NCBI GenBank assembly: GCA_951406725.2
Contig: OX597814.1
Location: 110,174,001 to 110,238,000, forward strand
DNA: 64,000 bases
Reading direction: 5' to 3'
From: Octopus vulgaris
Lineage: Eukaryota
The notes beneath the pieces are model-generated. The model searched no databases. It was given only the letters and a program-made list of their open reading frames with translations, and had not been told where the DNA came from. Below are positions 25,510 to 38,395 of this stretch, piece after piece; position 1 is the first letter of the stretch, and the number at the start of each line of letters is the position of its first letter. The position numbers and the translations under genes are program-made.

Positions 25510-25810
25510 TTTTTTATTTATGCGCCTTTCTCAAGCCTAGCCAGGCTCATGGGCCCGGTTTCTCAGTTTCTGTGGCGTATGTGTTCCCCCTAGCTGAACG
25601 GGATGCCAGTCCACCGCAGCGTTACTCAAGAAACAGGACGAGAGAGTGAGAGAGAAAGTTGGGGTGAAAGAGTACAACAGGGGTTGCCACCACCCCCTGC
25701 CGGAGCCTTATGAAGCTTTAGGTGTTTTCGCTCAATAAACACACACAACACCCAGTCTGGGAATCGAAACCGCGATCCTCTGCCTTGACCACTGGGCAAT
25801 TGCGCTCCAT
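25510..25810 (-). mobile_element. tRNA-derived SINE family G, near full length
   Basis: Head homologous to 2926-3125; tail contains GCGGTGGACTGGCATCCCGTTCAG..AGAAACCGGGCCC and an A-rich end. Confidence 0.75.
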
Positions 25811-26700
25811 CCTTCATGATGCCACATACTAAGTATACTTTTATTGCGTGTCCCTGTCTTTTCCATTTCTTTCTCCCTAACCTTTATGTAAATCCCCACA
25901 CAAATTATTGTCTGTCTTTGTGATGTCCCCTTCATCTGTGCCCCTGTGGCTTATAAAAGAAATTATTAGAGTTGTTATCGACTGGAACTAGAGTAGAATG
26001 TGAGTTGTGGGATGAGTAAGAGAATATATGAGAAATCTGTTGGTGATTGCGTTTGTTGTTCTTCTTTTCATCATCATCATCATCTTCAAAAGGATCCATT
26101 AACACTGTTTTCAGTTGTGTGGTTATTTGGTCCCCAAGCACTTTATATACATTAAATGTGTGTTTGTCTAGGCATTTCTGATATTATGTTAGCATTCATA
26201 TATCTGTGTGTGTGTGTGTGTAAAACTGTTTATGTATATATTATCTAACAATACTTCCGTCAAGCTACAAGAATATTTTCAAAGAGAACACACCTTTTGT
26301 GATTCATCTTTGGAATGTTGTCTGCTCGAGTTCCTTTCTATGAATTCCACTAAAACCAAAATTTACCACTTGAAAGTGTCTGTGCAGTAGTTCAGTCTTC
26401 AAGCCTAGATAAACTTATCCTGTTCTTTGTCTTCTCTTTGTTTCTTTATATCCATTAACAGTTGTTGTGTAGCCTCAGGTCAACCTCATCAAACAAATCT
26501 ATCTATAATCAAAAGCTCTCCAGTTATGGCCATCCTGTCTTATTTTTAAGAATGGGGTTAAATTATCCCTTATATCTTTTCTTGAAAGAAATATCTGATT
26601 GAGGCAGATTTGGCTGTCATTTCAGGCAAACTCACTGGCTAAAATAAAATTTTGAATCCTTTTTGTATTAATAATTTAATTATGCATTGGCACAGATGTA

Positions 26701-27023
26701 TAGGCAGAGGCATGGCTATGTGGTTATGAAGCCTCCTGCCTAGCCATGTGGTTTTGGTTTCAGTCCTGTTGTGTAGCACCTTGGGCAAGTATTTTCTACT
26801 GTAGGGCCCTCCTTGGGCCAACCAAAGCTTTCTGAGTAGGTTTAGTAGACAGAAACTGAAGGCTTGTCAAGTGTGTGGCTGTATGGTAAGAAGTTTACTT
26901 CCCAACTACATGTTTCTAGGTTCAGTTCCACTGCTTGTCACCTTGGGCAAGTGCCTTCCACTATAACTTTGGGTCAACCAAAACCTTGTGAGTGGATTTG
27001 GTTGACGGAAACTGAAAGAAGCT

Positions 27024-27086
<63 letters not shown>

Positions 27087-27262
27087 TGCACACAGGTGTG
27101 TGTTGTGTTTGTCCCCCATCACTGCTTGTGTTTACATCCCAATAACTTTAGCAGTTTGGCAAAAGAGACTGACCGAATAACTACCAGGGTCAATTCATTT
27201 GACTAAAATACTCTTTGAGGTGGTGCCCCAGCATGGCCACTGTCTAATGACTGAAACAATTA
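26701..27262 (+). mobile_element. Family A head fragment followed by a full family A SINE
   Basis: Two TGGCT.TGTGG heads, CCTTGGGCAAGT core, GGTGCCCCAGCATGGCC tail. Confidence 0.8.
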
Positions 27263-27337
27263 AAATGATGATGGCTGTAAACAAGTGTCTCTGTCATTCT
27301 TTTCAAATCTTTTATGAAAAACAGAACTGGCCAAAAG

Positions 27338-27638
27338 GACATTATTTACATTATTTACATTTGACAGATATTTCTCCTCATCTTGTTTGTTAACACAACG
27401 TTTTGGCTGATATACCCTCCAGTCTTCATCAGGTGTCTTGGGGAAATTTCAAACCTGGGTTCTCATTCCTAAGGTATTTTTCGATGTTGTTGTTGTTATT
27501 ATTATTATTATTATTGTTATTGTTATTGTTGTTGTTGTTGTTCAGGTCACTGCTTAGAATTGAACTTGGAATCTTGGGGTTAGTAGCCCGTGTTCTTAAT
27601 CACTACACCATATGCCCGTGGGCATATCTCTTAAATAT
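27338..27638 (-). mobile_element. tRNA-headed SINE-like element with hammerhead-ribozyme tail
   Basis: 15-bp direct repeat AGAACTGGCCAAAAG (27323-27337, 27639-27653); A-box 27600-27610, B-box 27557-27565, (AAC/AAT)n 27486-27540, hammerhead 27392-27437. Confidence 0.75.
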
Positions 27639-29565
27639 AGAACTGGCCAAAAGAAGTTAATACTTTGCTTGAAAACAGCAGGTGAGGGTTGGCCATAAAA
27701 AAGTAATTCAGCCTCAACAAAATCTGTCTGACTTGTGCAAACATAGAAAAGTCAAATTCACAGTGCCCTGGGAGGACAGACCTGATATTTCCCACCAGGT
27801 AAAGAAATCAAAATATCAGGGTTTAGCTGCTGAGGCCCTTGTCAAAGGTTAGCATGTGGCCCCATTCCCCTATAAAAATTGGCTGCTCCAGCTTTACTGC
27901 AGAAGATAGGTCTAGAAGGCCATAATGGAAATAAGCACAGCTGCTGAAACAAGCTGAAGATTGCTGTGGTTGATGAGAGACTGCAAGGGGAACCTTAAAG
28001 ACTAGCTCAATCCTTGCTGCCCTATGCAAGTGAAGTGTACATGTTAAGAGGAGAAACACTTGTGACCCTGAAATACCTGCTGATGATAGGGAAGGGTTTC
28101 CAGGAATGGAATGGATTTAGAAGAGATTGCAAAGCCTCTGAATAGCTCCTGCAGTTTCTGCATGGGGCAAAGTATTTCTGATGTTTATTTCACATACATA
28201 CGACAGGCTTCTTTCAGTTTCCATTTGTCAAACCCAGTCACAAGACTATGGTCGACCTGAGGCTACAGTAGAAGACACTTGCACAAGATGCCATGCAGCG
28301 GGACTGAACCCACGACCTTGTGGTTCAGTAGGAAGCTTCTTACCACACAGCCACGCCTGCACTTCATAAGTAAAAGAGAAACAAGAAGAAAGCCTGAGAA
28401 ATGCTTCTCCAAACCCTTTTAACTAACACTACTCCTCTCTCTCCACTCCACCTATGCAGCTCATGAGCTATTTTCTACCTTTAGTGCACATTTCAGTTAT
28501 TGACCTCCACAAACTGAATAATTTAATCCTGAACTACAACCAGCTCTCAGCCTGCTGATAGATTTGTACTTTTGCTATCCTAATCAGGTTTATTTAACCT
28601 CCAAGCTAAATATGTAATGCTTTCATTTCTCCTTCCTTTATGGGCATTGTGTCCTGTGAATTGATTTAATTATAATCACTCCTTCCTCTGTCTCTTTCTC
28701 TCTCTCTCTCTCTCTTGCCTTAACTCATTTACTCGTTAGCTTACGATATCACACCTACACATGTATGTCTGCTAGGTGTATCACTGATTTTTGAAGCAGC
28801 ATTTGAAGACGTAGCTTCGTGGTTCAGAAGTTTGTTCAGTAACCTTGTGGCATATGGTTCTGCTTTTAATTCTGCTGCATGGCACCTTGAGGAAGAGTCT
28901 TCTATCATAACCTTGGGTTGACTGACACCTTTTGAGCAAAATTTCTTAAACAGAAATTGTGTCGAAGGTTATAGTGTGTGTGTGTGTGTGTGTATAGTTG
29001 GAATTTATGAAAAAATAAAACAAAAGACGGGTGTGTAAATAACAAACATGCATTAGTTCAATGCTCAGGAAGTGAGAAAGTCTTTTATGTTTCGAGCCTA
29101 CGCTCTTCAACAGAAAGGAACATATATATATAAAAGATGAGAAAATAGAGAGGTAATTAATAAATTATTATTTATTAATTAAAAACTTGACACACATCCC
29201 TTATAGCTGTTTTAATTCCAGACCTTCAGAAAATTAATTAATTAGATTAAAAATTATTTAAAAATCGAATCTCTTCAGATGTAGTTTAAGATATACAAAA
29301 TAGGTGTTCAATTCCTGCATTCTTTGTATAGGTAACTAACCAGTACTTCATAGGATTTTTCTATCCCTGAATGAGGTTTGTAACCTTTATTTATGTGTAT
29401 ACACACACACACACACTCACACACACACACATTCTCACTATCCTGTTCCAGAAAGCATTTTCTCTTTGTCCTTCTACTTCCAGCCATTCCATAAATGTAA
29501 CTACATATGGACTTTTGGCAATTCTTTTTTCCTCCTTCCTTTTCCTTTGAACTTTCCTATGTTTC

Positions 29566-29604
29566 CTGTTTCTGAAGAAGACCTATGCTCAAAACGTAAA
29601 ACAG
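29566..29604 (+). ncRNA. Degenerate minimal hammerhead motif
   Basis: CTGTTT CTGAAGA AGACCTATGCTC AAAAC GTA AAACAG: perfect 6-bp stem I, G12 mutated to A. Confidence 0.6.
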
Positions 29605-29777
29605 CAACTCTTTCTTTCCTCCTCTGAGCGTCTTATTAATACTTTACATGTACTACATCCTCATGTTGTTTTGTTTTTTTTCCTGTTGTCTTTCTTGTCT
29701 TTTTCTTGAATTAATTATACATGTGTGTGTGTGTGTGCGTGTGTGTGTGTACATATTAATATTTAACAGTATCACAT

Positions 29778-30156
29778 GCATGGCTGTGTGGTAAGAAGCT
29801 TGCTTCTCAACCACATAGTTCCAGGTTCAGTCCTACTGTATGGCACTTGGGCAAGTGTCTTCTACTATAGCCTTGAGCTGACCAAAGCCTTGTAAGTGGA
29901 TTTGGAAGACAGAAACTGAAAGAAGCCTGTCGCATATATATATATGTGTGTGTCTGTGTTTGTCCCCCCCCCCCACCACCACCAACCATTGCTTGGCAAC
30001 CGATGTTGGTTCCTGTAACTTAGCAGCTCAGCAAAAGAGACTGATAGAATAAGTACATACTAGGCTTACAAAAAATAAGTATTGGGGTTGATTTGTTCAG
30101 CTAAAAGGCAGTGCTCCAGCATGGCTGCAGTCAAATGACTGAAGCAAGTAAAAGAG
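29778..30156 (+). mobile_element. SINE family A, full length
   Basis: Head, CORE-like block, microsatellite and GGCAGTGCTCCAGCATGGCTGCAGTCAAATGACTGAAG tail. Confidence 0.88.
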
Positions 30157-30238
30157 TTTCTGAGAGTTTTATACTTTAGTGCCAATGCACGAAACTCTCA
30201 GACCTTGAGTCACTCTGCTAAATATCAATAAAAATACC

Positions 30239-30648
30239 AGGAAAATCCTGGAAGGCCTTGTACCAAACTTTGGTATTGAAAGCTACTCAAATAGCAGAAT
30301 GTGGCGTCCAAACAGCAGAACAGGGTGCCACTGCATAATGCCAAAGATCCCAGCATCGCTATCAAAATACAGGACCAGATACTGCAACAGCTTCAAGGGC
30401 TTCAAGGGCCCACAGCTCTTCAATATCCTTCCGTAGGTGTCTTTAAAACAAAACTGGATCTCCTCCTGTTGAGGGTTCCAGACGAGCCTACTTCATGACA
30501 TAAAACACAAATGAGGGTAGCAGCATCAAACTCCCTCATTCACCAAATTCCACATGTCAGAGGGGGTTCCAAATAATGGTGTAGCACAGTCAATGCTGGT
30601 GCCCCAGCATGGCCGCAGCTTTGCAGCTGAAGCATTTTAAAGATTTTA
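30239..30648 (+). mobile_element. 5'-truncated CR1-group LINE (ORF2 C-terminus plus 3' UTR)
   Basis: KILEGLVPNFGI...RTRYCNSF..KGPQLFNILP, frameshift, VGVFKTKLDLLLLRVPDEPT..AASNSLIHQ; ends GGTGCCCCAGCATGGCCGCAGCTTTGCAGCTGAA. Confidence 0.8.
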
Positions 30649-31360
30649 TATACTCATATTTTGAGTTCTATTTTTCCTGTTTGCATTAGCCTATATATAT
30701 ATATCAAAACAGAAGGCTAGAAAAATTAGGTGGGGCAGGGTGTTGTTTATTCACCATTCCACATGTTTCATGTCTCACATGTTTATCCTACATGTACAAT
30801 TTTGAAAATCTTATTACAAATTCTTCAGACATGGAATCAAACAACACAAAGTTTACATTTGGAAGAAGTGATTATATATTATGTAGTTGGTTACTAATCA
30901 GAAGTTGTAGAGAAAGTTGGGAGAGAGAATCGGTTTTGATATATATAATTACTCTGCAAGAAATATTCTCAGAGTTTTCAACTCTAATGTGTCACTTCCC
31001 ACAAATATACCAACTACAACAGAATTGGAATTCTAGAATAAGCACATCTGCTTCAAGGAGACACGGCTTGGATTTTAGCCCTATCTACATTTCATATCCA
31101 TCCATCCATCCATCTATCTATTTATCTATCTATCTATCTAATCATTTTAACGTGTGCTTTCCACCCTTGCATGGGTCAGATGGAATTTGTTGAGGCAGAT
31201 TTTTCTATAGACAGACATGTTTTCACAGAAGATTGGAGACAAACAACATTGCTTGTATGACAGTGACACAACTATTGTGCAATGCCAAGACAAGGAAACA
31301 TGCACATTTATATATATATAATCTGAAATGTTCAGTATTATATATCCATCACAGCTGATG

Positions 31361-31443
31361 ATCTTACCAATTGGTTTCGTGCAAGGAATACAATGGAGTG
31401 TTAGATAACAATCCAATTATATAGCCTTCCACTCATCAGATAT
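31361..31443 (-). ncRNA. Type I hammerhead ribozyme motif, intact core, long stem II
   Basis: Minus strand: ATAT CTGATGA GTG.AAGG..CCTT.CAC GAAAC CAATTG GTA AGAT; palindromic stem III ACCAATTGGT. Confidence 0.72.
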
Positions 31444-32291
31444 TTAATATTTATTATGGATATTTAATACTGTACACTCTGGATAATATACCCACTCTAT
31501 TGACAGATATACGAGTGCATCTTTTCCCTGATTTATGGTCTCTTAGAAGACTCACATGTACATACATACATATATACATTATATATATATATAGAGAGAG
31601 AGAGAGAGCGAGAGATAGATAGATAGATAGATAGATATACATACAAGCAAGCATCTATGTGCGAAATAATATGGAGAAAATAAAACTCAAATACTAAAGC
31701 TAGAGTAAAATAGTGTTTTATTGAAGTCCCAGCTTCAATAAAACAAGAAGAAACTTCACAAACTGTTCCTCAGAGTTTCATGTAACTTCTGTCTGATGAT
31801 TGACCATGAGTAATAGTTTGTGAGGCTTCTTAGTTTCACTAAACCGCTGAATATGCATATGTGTGTGTATAGACTGTGGGCTTCTGTACAGTTTCCATGT
31901 ACAAATTTCACCGACAAGGCATTCATTGGTCTTGTGCAGTTGGCTGCATAGGAGTCTGAACTTGAAACCAGATTATTTTGAAGCAAATTTCTAACTGTGC
32001 AGACATTCCTTTGTAATTAGTTCTGAGGACAGCTGTGTCAAGAAGTGCTGATCTCTGACTATGGTGGAAGCCTGTGGAGATATATTTGAACTGGTGCTGT
32101 CACACCAACTCAAATGAGGACAGCGTTAGTTCTTTTAGGTCATTCCATATTTTTCAACTGGTCACTGGACCGATTGAGTGAACTTATCAATCAATGAACC
32201 TGTAATGACTATCAGAAACAGCTGTAAGTCGAATTTACTACAATAAAAGAATATGTAAGGACCATTCTTTATACCTTGTCTTCACATATAT

Positions 32292-32339
<48 letters not shown>

Positions 32340-32911
32340 AAATAAGCAACAAGGATATCGAGAGGTAATGTTGTTGCTTATTTTGATTGTAATCACCCCA
32401 TTTTGAATTATATGAATAATACCATACTAAATTCTGGTGCCTTTAACTTAAGTACTATATTCAACTGAATCTAAATTTTACTGATCTTATATATATATAT
32501 CCAAATAGTAGAGATCTTTATTATCTTGGTAGCACTTCATACGAGTATTTAACTAACAGACTGCTCAAAGGAGTACTATTAATACTCTATCCATCAACTA
32601 ATTAATGAAACTTTAATTAGTTTAATTAATAATATGAAGCACACTTTAAATCTCAGGCTAGTATAAGCAGTTGTACATTTATCATGGGGTGAATAATAAT
32701 GGTAAATGAATAAGAATGTAGACAACTTTTCAATTACGTAAAACTTGTTTCCATGAGAAAAAGTTATTTACTGCTTGAATTGGTTATTTTGTTGTGTTAT
32801 GTAACGAATTAGCCAACAATAAACGAGCATTCTTATGGAAATGAGCAACATGTAATCGTAAAGTTGTTTTCATTCTTATTCCTTTAACACACACACATCT
32901 GTGTATATATT

Positions 32912-33300
32912 ATCATCGTCATCATCCTCTTCATCATTTAATGTCTGTTGTCCATGCTGGCATGGGTTGGACAGTTTGACCATACTGGCACGTTGGAAGG
33001 CTGCTCCAGACTCCAGCCTGATTTGGCATGGTTTTCTACGGATGGATGCCCTTCCTAATGCCAACCACTCTGCGAGTGTAATGGATGCTTTTACGTGCCA
33101 CCCAGCATGGATGCCATTTGTGTGGCACCAGGATGCATTTACATGCCACTGCCACAGGTGTCAGTTTGCATGACACCAATATCTGCCACGACTGCGATTT
33201 TACTTGGCTTGATGGGTTTTCTTCTCAAGCATGACATAATGCCAAAAGTCCCGGTCATTGCCTCTGTGAGGCCCAACACTTGAAAGGAACTCAGCCACTC
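32912..33300 (-). mobile_element. RTE LINE 3' fragment reaching the ORF end
   Basis: LGLTEAMT remnant as at 5624-5827, plus family C UTR and (GAT)n. Confidence 0.8.
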
Positions 33301-33324
33301 TGTCGCTGTGTAGCCCAATGCTTG

Positions 33325-33536
33325 ATATATATATATACATATACACACACACATAAACACACATACACACATATATATATAATATAGACATGTGTGTGCA
33401 TATATATATATGTATGTGTGTGTATATATATATATATGTGTGTGTGTGTATATATGTGTGTGTGTATATATATATGTGTGTATTTATGTGTATATATGTA
33501 TGTTTGTGTGTGTATGTATATGTATGTATCTATGTT

Positions 33537-33599
<63 letters not shown>

Positions 33600-33668
33600 A
33601 TGTATATATAAATGTATGTGTGTATATATATATGTGTGTGTGTGTATATATATATATGAATATATGTG

Positions 33669-33727
<59 letters not shown>

Positions 33728-33735
33728 GCATATAA
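33325..33735. repeat. Compound (TA)n/(TG)n/(CA)n microsatellite
   Basis: Direct inspection; source of several spurious IY/CV/HT ORFs. Confidence 0.95.
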
Positions 33736-34539
33736 TAGACTGTTAGACAGACAAGTAGAGGGAGCAGCTAAATACTATAATTAGCAGAGTCACCTGTTGT
33801 CTGCAAGAGAAAACTGCACTGGTTGAGAAAAGTGGAAACCAAAAGACTTGGCTGAGAGTCTAACTATGTCTGCTGATGACCACAGCATGTGCCTCTAACC
33901 ATTAAAGAAAATATGGCACATGCAACCAAACCATATTCCCTCATGATTAACAACAGCTAAATGAATTTCTCTATTTTACATGTTATAAGTAATAGCTTAA
34001 CTCTCCGGCTATTATTGTCCTGATGTCGTTCCATAATATCTTCCATACTTCATTCAGTCTCTTGTTTAGAAATCTTTTATCTGTTACTTGTTTTCAGTTA
34101 TTGGAGTATGTCCATGCTGGAGCACCACCTTCAAGGGTTTGGTTGAACAAATTGACTGTAGTATTTATTTCAGTTTTGGTGTTTATTCTGTTGGTCTCTT
34201 TTGCCGAACCACTAAGTTTTGGGGATGTAGATGATCAAACACTAGTTTTCAAGCAGTGATAGGCCATAGACAACATACACATACATTAAGCACACATACA
34301 TACACATATATACATACACATACATATATACATATCTACATACATACACACACACACATATACGTACATATACAAACTCACACACATACATACATACATA
34401 CATATCCCTTCACTGGAACTGTAAAAATCTGTAAAACTTTCCAGAAGTTTATCATTTAAATATATATGAGCATGTCTAGATATGTAACTATATGCATGAG
34501 AATACATACATAAAACAGAAATCTTCACATACATACATA

Positions 34540-35055
34540 CATATATACTTACATGCATGCATGGTGGCTACCCCCTCATTATTGAGTATGGCCACTACAC
34601 AAAGCTTAATCAATGTTGTTATCATGCAATGCCTGTGCAAGAAGATTTTTTTAAAGTGAGGAAAGGATGTGCACTCAGTCAATCCCACTCACTAAGCAAC
34701 AGCAGTCATAATCCGAAAAGAAGAACAAGTCAACATCATCGGTAACCACAGAGCCGCAGGTTTTATATCCCAGTTAACTGAGTTACCTTCTCCTAGAAGG
34801 ATGCCCTAACAAAGGCTAGGAGTTCTTCACTCCCAACGGTTTAACCGCACGATTGGGTATTCAGTCCGATTATTTCTATGTCCCCGCGCATGATACAGCC
34901 TTAAGACATTTATTGGGTGGCCGTTGACTCTCGAGAGTTCCTCCGCCCTTTGACGGGTTTTGGTTTTCATCCCGCAGGGTGTCCAATAAACACCCTCCTC
35001 ACCAAGCAAGCTTGGTGGGGTTGCCGGTTTAATCACCGACGACCTGACCATGCAT
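34540..35055 (-). mobile_element. CpG-retaining non-coding element, probably RTE 5' UTR-derived, in (ATGT)n
   Basis: TTAGGGCATCCTTCTAGGAGAAGGTAACTC resembles a motif recalled from RTE 5' UTRs; several hairpins; (CATA)n on both sides. Confidence 0.45.
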
Positions 35056-35670
35056 GCATACATACATACATACACACACACACATAGTTGAATTTTATAG
35101 ACAAACAAAAAACAAAGACAAGTGTATAAACAATAAGCAGGTGTATTAGTTTGACGCTCTGGAAGGTGAGAAAGTCTTTTACATTTTGAGCCTATGCTCT
35201 TCAACAGAAAGGAACACAAGGAAATAAATAGAGAGAGAATTAAAAATACTTTTTACTTGCAAACAAAAGTACCCTGTTGTTGATGTTGAAATTCCAATGT
35301 AGGAACCTTGGATCTAGGTTAGAAACTGGTTCTTTCTTTATTGGCAAGAAATCTTGAAATAAACTGAATAATGACATACATATATACACAGCTGCATACA
35401 TACACACACACACACACAACAGGCTTCTTTCAGTTTCTCCCTACCAAATTCATTCACAAGGTTTTGGTCAGTCTTGGGCAAGAGTAGAAGACATTTGCCC
35501 ATGGTGCTGTGCAGTGGGACAGAACTCACAATTACACAGTCAAAACCCCAAATCAGAAGTTGATAATACTACTCAACACCTCAAATAGAAAACAAAATTA
35601 AATTTTAAAAAAAACAACAAAAAACAAAACAAGAATAAAACACATTGATTTCACAATAATTTCGATGTCA

Positions 35671-36075
35671 AGGCAGCGAGTTAGTAGAATCGTTAGTGCG
35701 CCAGGCTAAATGCCTAGCGGTATTTTGTCTGCCATTACGTTCTGAGTTTAAATTCTGCCGAGGTCGACTTTGCCTTTCATCCTTTCGGGGTCGATTAAAT
35801 AAGTACCAGTTATGCACTGAGGTCGATATAATCGACTTAATCTGTTTGTCTGCCCTTGTTTGTCCCCTCTGTGTTTAGCCCCTTGTGGGGAGTAAAGAAA
35901 TAGGTATTTCATCTGTCTTTACATTCTGTGTTCAAATTCCACCATGGTCAACTTTGCCTCTCATCCTTTTGGGGTTGATAAATTAAGTACCAGCTGCATA
36001 CTGGGGTCGATCTAATCGACTGCCTCCCCCCACTCCCCCAAAATTTCGAGCCTTGTGCCTAGAGTAGAAAAGAAT
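35671..36075 (+). mobile_element. SINE family B, dimeric form
   Basis: Same head-body-tail1-body-tail2 order as 3707-4107. Confidence 0.85.
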
Positions 36076-36957
36076 AATTACAATGTTGTGTGCTTCTGAT
36101 GTAAAGTGCAATGGTTATATAATAATAATAATAATAATCATAATAATAATAATAATAATCATAATGATAATAATAATCTGGATTATTGAAATCGCTACTT
36201 TGTTAATTCAAAACAATAATCTTTATTCTATACTCATCTGCACACATTGACCCTGTACCTAAATCACAAATTCATACACATACGCATGCACACACACACA
36301 CACGCATACGTTTACTGGTTTACGCTGGGGCTGGACATGGCCTTCAAAGATCATTAGTGATGTCAGCCCTCTTCCTCCAGTCTCCGTTTGTAGGATGGTG
36401 AGTGTTATGTTTTTAGTTCAATCTGCTTTGTGAGATGATCTCTTCTCACCATAAGTAATTCATAGCAATGTACACACGCACATACACACACACACATACA
36501 CACCACTTGAAAAGGAAGATGAGAGTAGAGAGGGAAGTGCTGTCTCGTAGCAAATTTATTGAAAGGTGGATGAATGTCGGGAAAATGGCCAGTATGAACA
36601 GACCAATTCTGAGATTACACCTGTAAAAAAAAAACGTAATATAAAAGGAGAAGGGGCTCTCTACCCCTTTTTGACCAGGCTCCCGTGGATTTTATGGGTT
36701 TTTCCGAGTAACCTTTCAAAGCGTCTCCCCCTATTGGGAGTTTTATTTGTTATACTTTTCGCTGTTATCTAAATGTTTACACGGACCTTTCTTTTTTGCA
36801 AAACCCTTTGTTATTATCGTCCTTTCTTTGTCCTTACATGTTTTTTTTTATATATGTTAGCCAATATTTATGTTGGCTAATAAACCAGAATTTATTATTA
36901 TTATTGTTGTTATTTTTATTATTATCATCATTATCATCATCATTATTATTATTTTTA

Positions 36958-37406
36958 AAGTGGCAGGCTGGCAGAATCGTAAGCATGTCAGGATCAAATG
37001 CTTAGCAGCATTTCATCCATCTTTACGTTCTGAGTTCAAATTCCACTGAAGTCGACTTTGCCTTTCCTCCTTTTGGGTTCAATAAATTAAGTACCAGCAA
37101 AACACTGAGGTCAATGTAATCAACTAACTCCTTGCCCCCCAGTTTCAAGCCTCATGCCTATAGTAGAAAGGATTATTATTATTATTGCTAAGGCAGCAAG
37201 CTGTCAGAATTGTTAGCATGCCAGGTCAAATGCTTAGTGGTATTTCATCTGTCTTTATGTCCTGAGTTCAAATTACGCCGAGGTCAATTTTGCCTTTTAT
37301 ACTTTCGAGGTCAATAAAATAAGTGCCAGCTGTGCACTGGGGTCAAAGTAATTGATTTAACCCCTCCCCAAACATGCTGGCCTTGTGCCAAAATTTGAAA
37401 CCAATA

Positions 37407-37408
<2 letters not shown>
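36958..37408 (+). mobile_element. Two tandem monomeric family B SINEs in (TTA)n
   Basis: Two heads (about 36958 and 37191), each with central block and tail. Confidence 0.8.
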
Positions 37409-37444
<36 letters not shown>

Positions 37445-37858
37445 CATTGCCTTTGCACAGCTTCTAATGCTGGAGATGTACTATGGTGTCAGCTGTTCAC
37501 TACCAGTGAGCTAAGGTAACACCTCTCATATTTTGAGCACCTTCCGGAGTATTCAAGCAGTTCCAAGCAGTGCTGTTTTCTGCAAGTGCTCCACCCTTAT
37601 TGCAGCACCCAGTTGTTCCACGTACTTCTCGAGATTTTTGTTCACTGTTCCCATGGCTCCAACAATTATTGATACTACTAGCACCTTTTTCAGCGACCAC
37701 AACTGCTTAACTTCCCAAGCTAACCTGTCATATCTCTCGACTTTTCTTTCTTCCTTTATGCATACCTTGTTGTCAGCTAGGGATCCTATGTCTATGATCC
37801 AGCATAGTTTGTTTTCTTTCTCAATTAAGACTATGTCTGGCTTCCTATTCTCTATATT
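37445..37858 (-). mobile_element. R4/Dong-clade LINE 3' fragment inserted in (TAA)n
   Basis: NRKPDIVLIEKENKLCWIIDI...EERKVERYDRLAWEVKQLW...IIVGAMG...LQKTALLGTA*ILRKVL; PD..D endonuclease motif; TAA repeats on both flanks. Confidence 0.88.
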
Positions 37859-38120
37859 TTATTATTATTATTATTATTCATTTTGTTTCATCAGACACAA
37901 GTACGTGTGTATTCACCATTCTTCTATTTATTTTATTCAATCTTAGCAAAATGGAAACATGTCTTTGACAGTTCTGGACCACACTGAACTCATTTCGTGC
38001 TTGACTTTTAGTTCTTATAAAAACAGTTTTACATTAATCTAAGGATTACTCAATACTGTTGGGACTGTACAGATTCATTATTCTTTAACAAGAATATTAT
38101 TGACAGTGACTTCGAAATTT

Positions 38121-38232
38121 TGTGTGTGTGTGTGTGTATGTGTGTGTAGTTGAATATGTGTGTGTGTATGTATGTGTGTGTATATATGTGTGTGTGTATA
38201 TATGTATGCATGTGTGTGTATGTATGTGTGTG

Positions 38233-38268
<36 letters not shown>

Positions 38269-38395
38269 TATATATGTATGTGTGTGTATGTATATATATA
38301 TATATGTATGTGTGTGTATATATATGTGTGTACATGTCTATATATATACATATATGTATAGACACACATATATGTATGTCAGGTGTGTGTGTGTG
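38121..38395. repeat. Compound (TG)n/(TA)n microsatellite
   Basis: Direct inspection. Confidence 0.95.
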
